A DNA stretch of 61,029 bases from Deltaproteobacteria bacterium. Its GTDB lineage: Bacteria > Myxococcota_A > UBA9042 > PHBI01. Below the pieces are notes generated by a model. That model ran no database searches, was not told where the DNA came from, and saw only the letters and a list, made by a program, of their open reading frames with translations. The stretch lies in the NCBI GenBank assembly GCA_006226565.1, contig SBGO01000027.1, positions 1 to 61,029 on the forward strand, given 5' to 3'. Positions 38,259 to 49,197 of the stretch are shown one piece after another. How positions within the stretch are numbered: position 1 is the first letter of the stretch; the number at the start of each line of letters is the position of its first letter. A program made the translations under genes and the position numbers.

Positions 38259-38524
38259 GGGCGCCACGCCCAGCGGTGGGCGTGGCGCGTTCGGGGCGCG
38301 GGCGCTCCGGTCCGGGGAGACCGGGCGGCAGAGCGCGGGCGGGACACGACGAGCGGTCGACGGCGCACCGGGAGCGGAGGCTCCGGCGCCGTCGGGGAGA
38401 GCGGGCTACGCTGGGAGACGGGCGGTCAGGACCCTCGAATCTGGGCCCGACCGCGGGGGCTCACCCGGCGACTCGCGAATTCCGCCGTCGCACGACGACA
38501 ACGCCGAGACCCTGGAACGGCGCG

Positions 38525-38689
38525 ATGATCGACGGGGTGGTCGCTGCGGTGAGCGCGGGCTGCATCATGATTTGGTGCATCGTGACCTCCATCGTCGGCG
38601 CGCGCGTCTACAGGACGCGTTGGCGACAGACCCCCACGCCTACCCTGCCGGGGGATCCCAGGTCAAGAGGGAAGCACCCGCGATCTTGA
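38525..38689 (+). CDS. Possible small single-pass membrane protein (54 aa)
   Basis: MIDGVVAAVSAGCIMIWCIVTSIVGARVYRTRWRQ: one hydrophobic helix followed by a basic stretch. Confidence 0.3.
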   Translation: MIDGVVAAVSAGCIMIWCIVTSIVGARVYRTRWRQTPTPTLPGDPRSRGKHPRS

Positions 38690-38843
38690 AGCGCCAAGTC
38701 GGGGGGTGAGTGAAAGCACCCGCTTTGCATTTCCGCGGCGTGCGGACGTGTCCCATCGGCGAGTTACGTTTGTTCGCAGACTCTTAATAATTCGGAATCG
38801 TTGCCGATGTAGGGCCGGTGTCGTTCACGATCCATCCAGGTGC

Positions 38844-38859
38844 TGTGCGAAATATCACA
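38844..38859. promoter_or_regulatory. CRP/FNR-family-like site upstream of ppdK
   Basis: TGTGC-GAAATA-TCACA matches TGTGA-N6-TCACA at 9 of 10 positions; related GTGATATCGCAC at 38891..38902. Confidence 0.5.
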
Positions 38860-38979
38860 ATCACGCCAGCCTGGACGGCGCTGGTCCCGGGTGATATCGC
38901 ACGGCCATCCGGCGCGACCGGATCCCGGGGACGCGGGCAAGTATCGATGGTGACACGCCAATCGCGCGAAGCCCCGGGT

Positions 38980-38995
38980 TGGCACGCCGTATGCT
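38980..38995 (+). promoter_or_regulatory. Sigma54 (-24/-12) promoter of ppdK
   Basis: TGGCAC-GCCGT-ATGCT with correct GG/GC spacing, 50 nt upstream of ATG 39046. Confidence 0.7.
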
Positions 38996-39045
38996 GGGTG
39001 GCGGGCGGCCGCGAGCCGCGGACGAACCAGGGGTAGACCGGAACC

Positions 39046-41727
<2,682 letters not shown>

Positions 41728-41765
41728 GATCGATAGCGGGCCTCCCGCCCGCGTCGTGAGATGAC

Positions 41766-41800
41766 GAGGCCCCATACCTCCGCGGTGTGGGGCCTCTCTT
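41766..41800 (+). terminator. Intrinsic terminator of ppdK
   Basis: 13-bp stem GAGGCCCCATACC/GGTGTGGGGCCTC (one G-U), 5-nt loop, followed by TCTT. Confidence 0.7.
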
Positions 41801-41871
41801 CGTCTGGGGCCCGGGGCCGCGCTAGCCCCAATGCCGGTCACCTAGGGATAACCCTATGAGATCGAACACAT

Positions 41872-41984
41872 CTTTTCACCACGGAGGCCACGGAGGGCAC
41901 GGAGGATGTGGGGCTGCTCGAGCCGAAACTCCGAGCGCGACCCGCTCCCCCCTCCGTGATCTCCGTGCTCTCCGTGGTGAAAAG
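41872..41984. repeat. 113-bp palindromic repeat with perfect 15-bp terminal inverted repeats (copy B)
   Basis: CTTTTCACCACGGAG ... CTCCGTGGTGAAAAG; three 9-bp units per arm; homologous to 8394..8500; between convergent genes. Confidence 0.85.
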
Positions 41985-42029
41985 CCGTGCCGTTTCATCG
42001 CCCTGCGGCCTATCTGATCGGCATTGCCG

Positions 42030-43952
42030 CTAGCCCGCGATGCGCACGGCCTCGCTGTGGACCTTCATGCGGAGCCGCAGGACGTGGGCCGCGCTGCGCT
42101 CCATGAGGTGCAGCGCGTAGGCCTCGTTCCGCTGCACGAAGCGCAGCGACAGCTCCACCGCCCCGGCGAGCCAGGCGGTCGGCTCGCTCCCGAGGACGCC
42201 GGCGCGGGCGTGCTGCGCGAGCGCGGCCGACAGCGACGCGTCCGTCGACAGCCCGACCCGGGCGTGGGCGGCTCGCTCGGCCTCGAGGCTGTAGGCCAGG
42301 GCCATGGCGACGTCGAGCTTCACCTCGCCGTCGAAGCTGACGAGCACGGTCTCGGGGCGGGCGTCCTCGTCGGCCAGCAGGATCGGCCGGCCGAGCGGCG
42401 TCCGGTGCTGCGAGGTCGCCTCGAGGGCCGTCGCGACGCGCCCGGCGACCCAGCTCGCGAGCGGCTGCGGCATCGGCTCGTGCATCGTCTCGAGGTCGCT
42501 CAGCAGCTCGGCGAGGGACAGCCCGTGGACGAGCTCCTCCACGACCAGGTCCGAGCCCGCGACGCGGCGGATGTCGAGGATGCGCGCGATGTTGGGGTGC
42601 TGGAGCGACTTCGCCCGGCCGATCTCGGACAGCGCCGCGTCGGCCTCGGCCGCGCCGTAGCCGCTCGAGGGGCGCGTGAGCTGGCGGACGGCGACCGGGA
42701 TGGGCACCCCGTGGTGCCCGCGCAGCGCGCCGACGAAGGTGTCGCCGAGGGGTCCGCGTCCGATGCGGTAGAAGAGGAGCAGGTCCCCGAGGTCGATGCC
42801 GACCGGCACGAAGCGCGTGCCCGGCAGCGGCGTCACGTGGTGCCGCGCCTCCATCCGCGCGCGCATGCTCGCCAACGCGGCGAGGAGCTCGTGCGGATCG
42901 CCGTCGGTCGCGCCGTCGAGGCTCAGCCCGCGCCGCGTCACGGTGTGTCGGCGCTGCCCCGTGCGGGGCTTGGTCCGGTTGAGCTTGCGGGGGGAGGCGG
43001 CGCTTCGCGGGATCGGCGGCGGCTCGAAGTTGAGCCAGACCGGCGAGGTCAGCGCGTTCAGCGCCGCGGTGACCCGGCCCTCGTGGTCGCGCGCGGTCAC
43101 GCCGGCGCTCCGCGTGAGGTCCTCGAGCTGCTTGTCGGAGAGCCTCGCGAGGGTGTCGCGCAGGAGCCCTCGCAGGTCGGCGCCCAGCTCGGAGTGATCC
43201 GTCGGCGCGAAGCGCAGGCTCCGGAGGGGGTGACCGGCGATCCACGCCAGCATGTGGGTGACGTAGTGCCGGTACCCCTCGCATTCGGAGAAGACCTCGC
43301 TGTGCTCGCACACGAAGTCGAGGTCTTCCTCCGGGTGCCGCCCCCGGTGCGGCTCGCGTGCATGGAACGCCAGCAGCAGCGCAATCGCCGGGTCCTCCTC
43401 CAGGGCTTCGACGTCTTCGAGGCGCTCGAAGCCGACGCCGCGCGCGTAGCCGCCGACCGCGCAGAGCGCCGCCTCGGCTCCATCGGCGCCGAAGTAGACC
43501 TGCACCGCCGGGCGCAACGCCGCCAGCAGCCCGACGAGCCGCAGCGGGGCCACGCCGAGACCTGTCGTGGACCAGTCACGCGGCGGGGAGGCGCCGCGTC
43601 CAAGACAGGCTCTGGCGATGAGCTCGAGCGGCGCGGGCCACGTCAACGTGGTCACGTTGGCGCTCTGCTCGTGCTCGTCGAGGCGATACCACAGGATGCG
43701 CTCCCGTACGCTGAGGGGGGCGATCACTTCCGGGGCCGACCCACCCAGGATGACGAGGTGGTCGATATGCCCGGCGGTCAGCTCACGCAGACCCCACGAG
43801 CGCTCAGCAGCGTTGCCGACGTCGCCAGCGCCCGCCAGGCGAAGCGTCGCGGTGACGAGGGCGCGAAGGCTCACGTCCCCACCCACGACTCCTATCCTGG
43901 GAGCACCGGTCTCGCCGCAACCTGCCACGGGTTGCAGCTCCTGGCGTTCCAT
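42030..43952 (-). CDS. Hypothetical protein with a degenerate, truncated Ser/Thr kinase domain (pseudokinase)
   Basis: RIGRGPLGDTF, VAVRQL (K to R), LQHPNIARILD, EELVHGLSL; HRD and DFG replaced (DEDARPE, DVA). The start (ATG 43952) is uncertain. Confidence 0.55.
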   Translation of the reverse strand: MERQELQPVAGCGETGAPRIGVVGGDVSLRALVTATLRLAGAGDVGNAAERSWGLRELTAGHIDHLVILGGSAPEVIAPLSVRERILWYRLDEHEQSANVTTLTWPAPLELIARACLGRGASPPRDWSTTGLGVAPLRLVGLLAALRPAVQVYFGADGAEAALCAVGGYARGVGFERLEDVEALEEDPAIALLLAFHAREPHRGRHPEEDLDFVCEHSEVFSECEGYRHYVTHMLAWIAGHPLRSLRFAPTDHSELGADLRGLLRDTLARLSDKQLEDLTRSAGVTARDHEGRVTAALNALTSPVWLNFEPPPIPRSAASPRKLNRTKPRTGQRRHTVTRRGLSLDGATDGDPHELLAALASMRARMEARHHVTPLPGTRFVPVGIDLGDLLLFYRIGRGPLGDTFVGALRGHHGVPIPVAVRQLTRPSSGYGAAEADAALSEIGRAKSLQHPNIARILDIRRVAGSDLVVEELVHGLSLAELLSDLETMHEPMPQPLASWVAGRVATALEATSQHRTPLGRPILLADEDARPETVLVSFDGEVKLDVAMALAYSLEAERAAHARVGLSTDASLSAALAQHARAGVLGSEPTAWLAGAVELSLRFVQRNEAYALHLMERSAAHVLRLRMKVHSEAVRIAG

Positions 43953-44091
43953 ACGGCGACGGCCTGCATCGGCCGTGCCACGCGACCGCTTCAGAATACA
44001 CGCGGTGGAGTCTCGCCCGCCCGGGACGCGATCGTGCCGAATCACCCGTCGGTTGTTGATCCCGGCACACCGTCGGGCGCGCCCAGACCGG

Positions 44092-44856
44092 TCAGTCCTC
44101 GCGGACCCCGGCCAGCCAGCTGAGCACCCCGTGCGCGGCGCGGATCTCCGCCCGGCGCGGCTGGGCGCGCACCATCAGCTGCTCGAAGCGCGCCCGCAGG
44201 AGCGCCACGCGCTGGTCGTCCGCCCGGTAGCGCGGGCTCGCCGAGACCTCGTTCCAGACCCGGTCGAAGAGCGCCGTCAGGTCCTGGCGGCTCGCGAGCA
44301 CGGTCTCGTCCTCCGCCTCGTCCTGGGCGCGCACGCCCGGGCGCTGGAGCGCCTGGCGCCGCAGCTCGTAGCTGGCGACCTGCACCGCCGCCGCCAGGTT
44401 GAGCGAGGACAGCGAGGCGCTCGTCGGGATCCGCGCCAGGGCGTTGCAGGTGACGAGCTCGGTGTTCTCGAGCCCCGTCCGCTCGTTGCCGAAGACGAAG
44501 GCCACGCGCCCGCGCTGCGCCCAGGCCAGCGCCTCCGCGGCGGCGTCCTCGACGTTCACGACCGGCGCGCCCTCGACGCGGTCGCGGGCGGTGAAGCCGA
44601 CGACCCAGACGCAGTCGGCCACGGCCTCGTCCAGGGTCCCCACGACGTGGGCGCGGTCGAGCAGGTCGGCCGCGCCGGTCGCCCGCGTCGTCGCCTCGGG
44701 GTGGGGGAACTCGCGCGGGCTCACCAGCGCCAGGTCCGACAGCCCCATCACCTTCATCGCGCGCGCGGCCCCGCCGATGTTGCCCGCGTGGCTCGTCCGG
44801 CACAGCACCACCCGGAGCCCGGCGAGGACCTCCGGCTCGACTTCGTTCGTGTTCAT
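44092..44856 (-). CDS. trmJ: RNA methyltransferase TrmJ/LasT family (SPOUT)
   Basis: VVLCRTSHAGNIGGAARAMKVMG, AFVFGNERTGLENTEL, SSLNLAAAVQVASYE. Confidence 0.88.
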   Translation of the reverse strand: MNTNEVEPEVLAGLRVVLCRTSHAGNIGGAARAMKVMGLSDLALVSPREFPHPEATTRATGAADLLDRAHVVGTLDEAVADCVWVVGFTARDRVEGAPVVNVEDAAAEALAWAQRGRVAFVFGNERTGLENTELVTCNALARIPTSASLSSLNLAAAVQVASYELRRQALQRPGVRAQDEAEDETVLASRQDLTALFDRVWNEVSASPRYRADDQRVALLRARFEQLMVRAQPRRAEIRAAHGVLSWLAGVRED

Positions 44857-44947
44857 GGCCGGGCCACATACCAGACCGGCGCCGGCCGAGGGAAGCAAAG
44901 CCCGCCACGGGTGGGTCTCGGGGCCCGATCCGCGTTACCCTGCGGGC

Positions 44948-45952
44948 GTGGACGCCCCCCTCCTCAGCCCGTCACCCCGCGTCGCCCGCGTGCTCGTGCT
45001 CCTCGGGCTCGCGCTCGGCGCCTGCGCGGCGCGCGACGCCGCCTCCGACACGGTGGAGCCACACGACGTCGACGCCGTCGAGATCGTCGCCGACACCTCC
45101 GAGCGCGACGGCGATGACATCAGCTCCCTCGACACGGCGCCGCCCGCCAGGCGGTGCAACGGCTACGCGGCGCTCTGCGACCGGCGCCTCGACGAGATCG
45201 TCTTCCCGGCCACCCACAACAGCATGTCGAGCGCCGACGACGGCTGGCTCGGCCCGAACCAGACCCACGACGTCCCGCAGCAGCTCGCCGACGGCGTGCG
45301 CGCCCTGCTCATCGACACCCACGCGTGGAACGGTGGGGCCTACCTCTGCCACGCGGTGTGCGAGTTCGGCCACCAGCCGCTGGCCGAGGCGCTCGGGGAG
45401 ATCCGCGCGTTCCTCGACGCCCACCCGGACGAGCTGATCGTCCTCGTCATCGAGGACGCCCTCGGCAAGGAGCCGACCCTCGCCGCCTTCGCCGAGAGCG
45501 GGCTCGACGCCTACGCCCTGGAGCTGACCCCGGGGGAGCGGCCGCCGGTGCTCGCCGACGCCCTCGACGCCGGCACCCGGGTGCTCGTGACCTTCCAGAG
45601 CGCCGGCCCGCCGCCCGGCTGGTACCACAACGTCTGGGACTACACCTTCGACACCCCCTACTCCTTCGCGTCCGCGGACGAGCTCAGCTGCGCCTGCAAC
45701 CGCGGCTGCGACGGGCGCGCGACGAAGCCCTTCTTCCTGCTCAACCACTTCATCACCCGCGCCATCGGCTCGATCGACGACGCCGAGGAGGTCAACCGGC
45801 GCGACGTGCTGCTGACCCGCGCGCGCGCCTGCGAGGCGGCCCTGGGGCACCTGCCGAACCTCGTCGCGGTCGACTTCTACGAGGTGGGCGACCTCTTCGA
45901 CGTCGTCGCGGCGCTGAACGGGGTCGAGGGCGCGGCGACGACGTCACCCTGA
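44948..45952 (+). CDS. PI-PLC X-domain-like lipoprotein (phosphodiesterase fold)
   Basis: LGAC lipobox, acidic linker, FPATHNSMS, QLADGVRALLIDTH, LLNHF, NLVAVDFY; GTG start inferred. Confidence 0.75.
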   Translation: MDAPLLSPSPRVARVLVLLGLALGACAARDAASDTVEPHDVDAVEIVADTSERDGDDISSLDTAPPARRCNGYAALCDRRLDEIVFPATHNSMSSADDGWLGPNQTHDVPQQLADGVRALLIDTHAWNGGAYLCHAVCEFGHQPLAEALGEIRAFLDAHPDELIVLVIEDALGKEPTLAAFAESGLDAYALELTPGERPPVLADALDAGTRVLVTFQSAGPPPGWYHNVWDYTFDTPYSFASADELSCACNRGCDGRATKPFFLLNHFITRAIGSIDDAEEVNRRDVLLTRARACEAALGHLPNLVAVDFYEVGDLFDVVAALNGVEGAATTSP

Positions 45953-45969
45953 GCTTCCTGCGGTCTCCG

Positions 45970-45998
45970 TTGGACGCCGCTCGGGGGCGTGCTAGATT
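45970..45998 (+). promoter_or_regulatory. Sigma70-like promoter candidate
   Basis: TTGGAC-N17-TAGATT with an extended -10 TG. Confidence 0.4.
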
Positions 45999-46118
45999 CG
46001 CCGCGTCGAGGAGGCTCGCCCGAGCCTCGGGTACGCGGGTACGACCGAGGCCGAGCCGATGGTCGTGATCTGCGGCCACGGATCGACGAGCCTCCTCCGG
46101 TCTTTGGCTGGAGAGATC

Positions 46119-47435
46119 ATGAGCTTCCGTTGCATCGTGATGGGCGCCGCCGGGCGCGACTTCCACGACTTCCAGACGTTCTTCCGGAGCCACCCCGACT
46201 TCAGGGTCCTGTGCTTCACCGCGGAGCAGATCCCCTTCATCGACCAGCGGAAGTTCCCCAAGTCCCTCGCGGGGCCCGACTACGATGAGGACATCCCCAT
46301 CTACAACGAGGGCCGGCTCGAGGAGCTCATCCACGAGTACCGGGCCGAGTTCGTCTTCCTGAGCTACAGCGACCTCCCCCACGCCGAGGTCATGCACAAG
46401 GCCTCGCGCGTCCAGGCCGCCGGGGCGAGCTTCGTGCTCCTCGGGCCGAACCACACCATGCTCGAGAGCACCAAGCCGGTCGTCGCCGTCACGGCCGTGC
46501 GCACCGGCGCCGGCAAGAGCCCCATCTCGCAGCTCGTCGCCGGCCACCTCGTCAAGGGCGGGCGCCGCGCGGGCGTGCTGCGCCACCCGATGCCCTACGG
46601 CGACCTCGAGAAGCAGGCCGTGCAGCGCTTCGCGACCGAGGCCGACCTCGACGACCACGAGTGCACCGTCGAGGAGCGCGAGGAGTACGCCCCCTACGTC
46701 GAGCGCGGGCTCGTCATCTTCGCGGGCGTGAACTACCAGGGCATCCTCGACGCCGCCGAGGGCGAGAGCGACGTCATCCTGTGGGACGGCGGCAACAACG
46801 ACACGCCCTTCGTCCGCCCGAAGCTGTGGATCGCCGTCCTCGACGCCCTCCGCCCCGGCCACGAGGTCGGCTTCTACCCCGGCGAGACCAACTTCCGCGC
46901 CGCCGACGTGCTCGTCGTCAACAAGGTCGACCAGGCCGACCCGGCCGAGCTCGACCGGATGATGAGCCGCATCGCCGCCGAGCGCCCGGATGCCGCCGTC
47001 ATCACCGCCGAGCTCGCCGTCGTCGCCGACGAGGACGCGATCCGCGGTAAGCGCGTCCTCGTCATCGAGGACGGGCCGACGACGACCCACGGCGGCATGG
47101 CCTTCGGGGCCGGCCACGTGGTCGCGCGCCGCGCCGGCGCCGCGGAGCTCGTCGACCCGCGCCCGCACGCCGTCGGCAGCATCGCGGCGACCCTCGCGAA
47201 GTACACCCACGTGACCGAGATCCTCCCGGCCATGGGCTACTCCGACGAGCAGCGCGCCGACCTCGCCGAGACCGTGCGCCGCGCCGCCCCGGACGTCGTC
47301 GTCGACGCGAGCCCCGCCCGCGTCGCGCGGCTGCTCGGGATCGATCTGCCGGTGGTCGAGGTCGACTACCGCTTCTCGCAGCGCTCGGGCCCCGATCTCC
47401 TCGACCTCGTCGAGGCCGCCATCAAGGGCGACTGA
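46119..47435 (+). CDS. Cyclic 2,3-diphosphoglycerate synthetase-like P-loop protein
   Basis: MGAAGRDFHDF, AVTAVRTGAGKS, RHPMPYGDL, EEREEY, WDGGNNDTPF, EDGPTTTHGGM, PAMGYS. Confidence 0.75.
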   Translation: MSFRCIVMGAAGRDFHDFQTFFRSHPDFRVLCFTAEQIPFIDQRKFPKSLAGPDYDEDIPIYNEGRLEELIHEYRAEFVFLSYSDLPHAEVMHKASRVQAAGASFVLLGPNHTMLESTKPVVAVTAVRTGAGKSPISQLVAGHLVKGGRRAGVLRHPMPYGDLEKQAVQRFATEADLDDHECTVEEREEYAPYVERGLVIFAGVNYQGILDAAEGESDVILWDGGNNDTPFVRPKLWIAVLDALRPGHEVGFYPGETNFRAADVLVVNKVDQADPAELDRMMSRIAAERPDAAVITAELAVVADEDAIRGKRVLVIEDGPTTTHGGMAFGAGHVVARRAGAAELVDPRPHAVGSIAATLAKYTHVTEILPAMGYSDEQRADLAETVRRAAPDVVVDASPARVARLLGIDLPVVEVDYRFSQRSGPDLLDLVEAAIKGD

Positions 47436-47508
47436 CCGGCCCGCGCGGGGTGTCGCGTCGGGGCGGTCCGAGGTATTTTCGAACCGACCCCGACAAGCCG
47501 TCTCTGGA

Positions 47509-47538
47509 GGGAGCCCCCCGCGTGGGCGGGGGGCTCCC
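47509..47538. other. Perfect 13-bp GC-rich hairpin between co-directional genes
   Basis: GGGAGCCCCCCGC-GTGG-GCGGGGGGCTCCC, 22 nt before ATG 47561; no U-tract. Confidence 0.6.
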
Positions 47539-47560
47539 ATCCCCCACCGGAGGACACCCC

Positions 47561-48262
47561 ATGCTACGCCGAAAGCTGCACCTCTTCGCCATCGCCCTGT
47601 TCGGTCTCGCCGCCTGCGCGACCACGGCCCCGCCCGCGGCCCTGGCGCCCCCGACCCCGCCTCCGCCGCCGGGGCCGAGCGACGACGGCATCGACGAGCC
47701 GGAAAGCGGCTATTGGGAGCGCACGGGCCCCGGGCTCTGGCTCTACGACCTCGGCGCCGGCTTCCCGGCCAGCCTCCAGCTCGGCGTGAACGACGTCGGC
47801 GGGCGCGGGATCCTGCGCGTCGCGCTCCCGCCGGGCGCCACCCAGGCGACCGTGACCGCGCTCGCCGTCGGCTACACCCGGGACGCCACCGAGGACGGGA
47901 GCGCCGACCCGAGCGCGAGCGGCGAGGCGACCTGGACCTTCTACGCCGACGACCACGGTGCGCCCGGCGCCGAGCTGGGGCACGTCGACGTGACGGTGGA
48001 CGCGGCCACGGTCCCCCCGCTCGACGAGGGCGGCGAGCCCATGAGCCACGTCGTTCCGGGGATCGAGGTCGGGCCGGTCTTCTGGCTGGCCTTCACCGTG
48101 CGCTCGGGGCAGCCGCGCGTCGGCGGGATGTACGTCAACCGTGGGCCCGAGGACATCGAGTTCCGCGACCTCTTCTACCAGCCGACGCGGACGTCGCCGC
48201 TCGACAACCCGGTGAACGCCCGGCCCTACGTGGCGCTGACCTTCGCGGGCCTGGGGCGCTGA
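47561..48262 (+). CDS. Hypothetical lipoprotein with Pro-rich linker and beta-sandwich domain
   Basis: GGAGG RBS; LAAC lipobox; PPTPPPPPG linker; beta-rich body (WTFYADDHGAPG). Confidence 0.7.
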   Translation: MLRRKLHLFAIALFGLAACATTAPPAALAPPTPPPPPGPSDDGIDEPESGYWERTGPGLWLYDLGAGFPASLQLGVNDVGGRGILRVALPPGATQATVTALAVGYTRDATEDGSADPSASGEATWTFYADDHGAPGAELGHVDVTVDAATVPPLDEGGEPMSHVVPGIEVGPVFWLAFTVRSGQPRVGGMYVNRGPEDIEFRDLFYQPTRTSPLDNPVNARPYVALTFAGLGR

Positions 48263-48319
48263 CGGACGGCTTACGATCCCGCGAGGTTGCACGTGCCAAG
48301 CGGGGGTGGCGGGTGTAGG

Positions 48320-48748
48320 ATGCGCGCGATGGAAAAGCACCACCCCACCCTCCTCCGGGTGATGACGCCGTTCCCACAGTGCATCGCGCCGAGCGCGTCC
48401 CTCGACGAGGCGGCGGCGGTGATGGAGCAGCATCAGATCCACCATCTCCCGGTGCGCGAGGACGACGCCCTCGTCGGGATGCTGACCGAGCGGGACCTGG
48501 TCACGGCGCGCCTCGCGGCCCGCAGCCACGAGGAGCGGGTCACCGTCGGCGAGGTGTGCCGCCGCGACGTCCACGTCGTCGACGTCACCCACTCCCTCGC
48601 CGCGACCGTGCGGGAGATGGCCCAGCACCACGCCGGCTACGTGCTCGTCAAGCGCGACGAGCACCTCGCCGGCATCGTGACCACCACCGACCTGTGCGCG
48701 CTGCTCGCCGAGATCCTCGACCCGGACATCGACGACATCATCGCCTGA
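48320..48748 (+). CDS. CBS domain-containing protein
   Basis: VMTP.P, IHHLPV...LVGMLTERDL, GYVLV...LAGIVTTTDL. Confidence 0.88.
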   Translation: MRAMEKHHPTLLRVMTPFPQCIAPSASLDEAAAVMEQHQIHHLPVREDDALVGMLTERDLVTARLAARSHEERVTVGEVCRRDVHVVDVTHSLAATVREMAQHHAGYVLVKRDEHLAGIVTTTDLCALLAEILDPDIDDIIA

Positions 48749-48751
48749 GCC

Positions 48752-48791
48752 AGAAGCGCGAAGCTCCCCTCCGGGCGGGCCGGAGGAGAGC
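48752..48791 (-). terminator. Terminator-like hairpin oriented on the minus strand
   Basis: 12-bp stem fully paired only on the minus strand (one G-U), followed by TTCGCGCTTCT. Confidence 0.55.
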
Positions 48792-48854
48792 TGGGTAGAA
48801 GGTGGGTCCGAGGGGCGGCACTGCGTGGGGTTCGGTCACACCGCCTGGGGATAC

Positions 48855-49013
48855 GGGGGCGTCCAGCGCCAAGCAAACTGCCTGGCCGGCGGATGCGACC
48901 CGCTGGGCGGCCCGACGGAAGCTTGAAAGACGTCCGGTCTGTCTGCGCTTCCGTCGAACCACCGAGCAGGCCGCCTCCTTGGCCATTCAGCTCGCTTGTC
49001 ACTGGCCGACCCC
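48855..49013 (-). ncRNA. Candidate structured non-coding element: ~160-nt rod-like hairpin
   Basis: Manual pairing: 58 of 65 aligned positions pair on the minus strand (50 Watson-Crick + 8 G-U, which would be A-C mismatches on plus); 24-nt apical loop 48923..48946; no family recognised. Confidence 0.6.
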
Positions 49014-49197
49014 TGGGCGGTTCGGCTGCGGATGTCGTCCTGGACCCTCGATCGCCCGCTGGGCGTCTCGCGGGGCATCGACCGGCGTCCGCCGCCGAAT
49101 CTTCACGCGGGGGGCGATTTTCTCCCCGCCAGGACCCGCCCGGGCGGCGCTCACCCGCGCGGGTCGCGGGCTTCGGCGATGTTGGGGACGCGATCCG

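Noticed and set aside
41843-41856. TAGGGATAAC matching the first 10 bp of the I-SceI site
   Set aside because: The remainder does not match; it is a short TAGGG-ATAA-CCCTA palindrome, most likely coincidental.
48913-48956. tRNA-Sec-like look of GGAAGC...TTCAA...CTTCCG on the minus strand
   Set aside because: Too short, with no D/T arms or CCA; it is simply the apex of the long hairpin.
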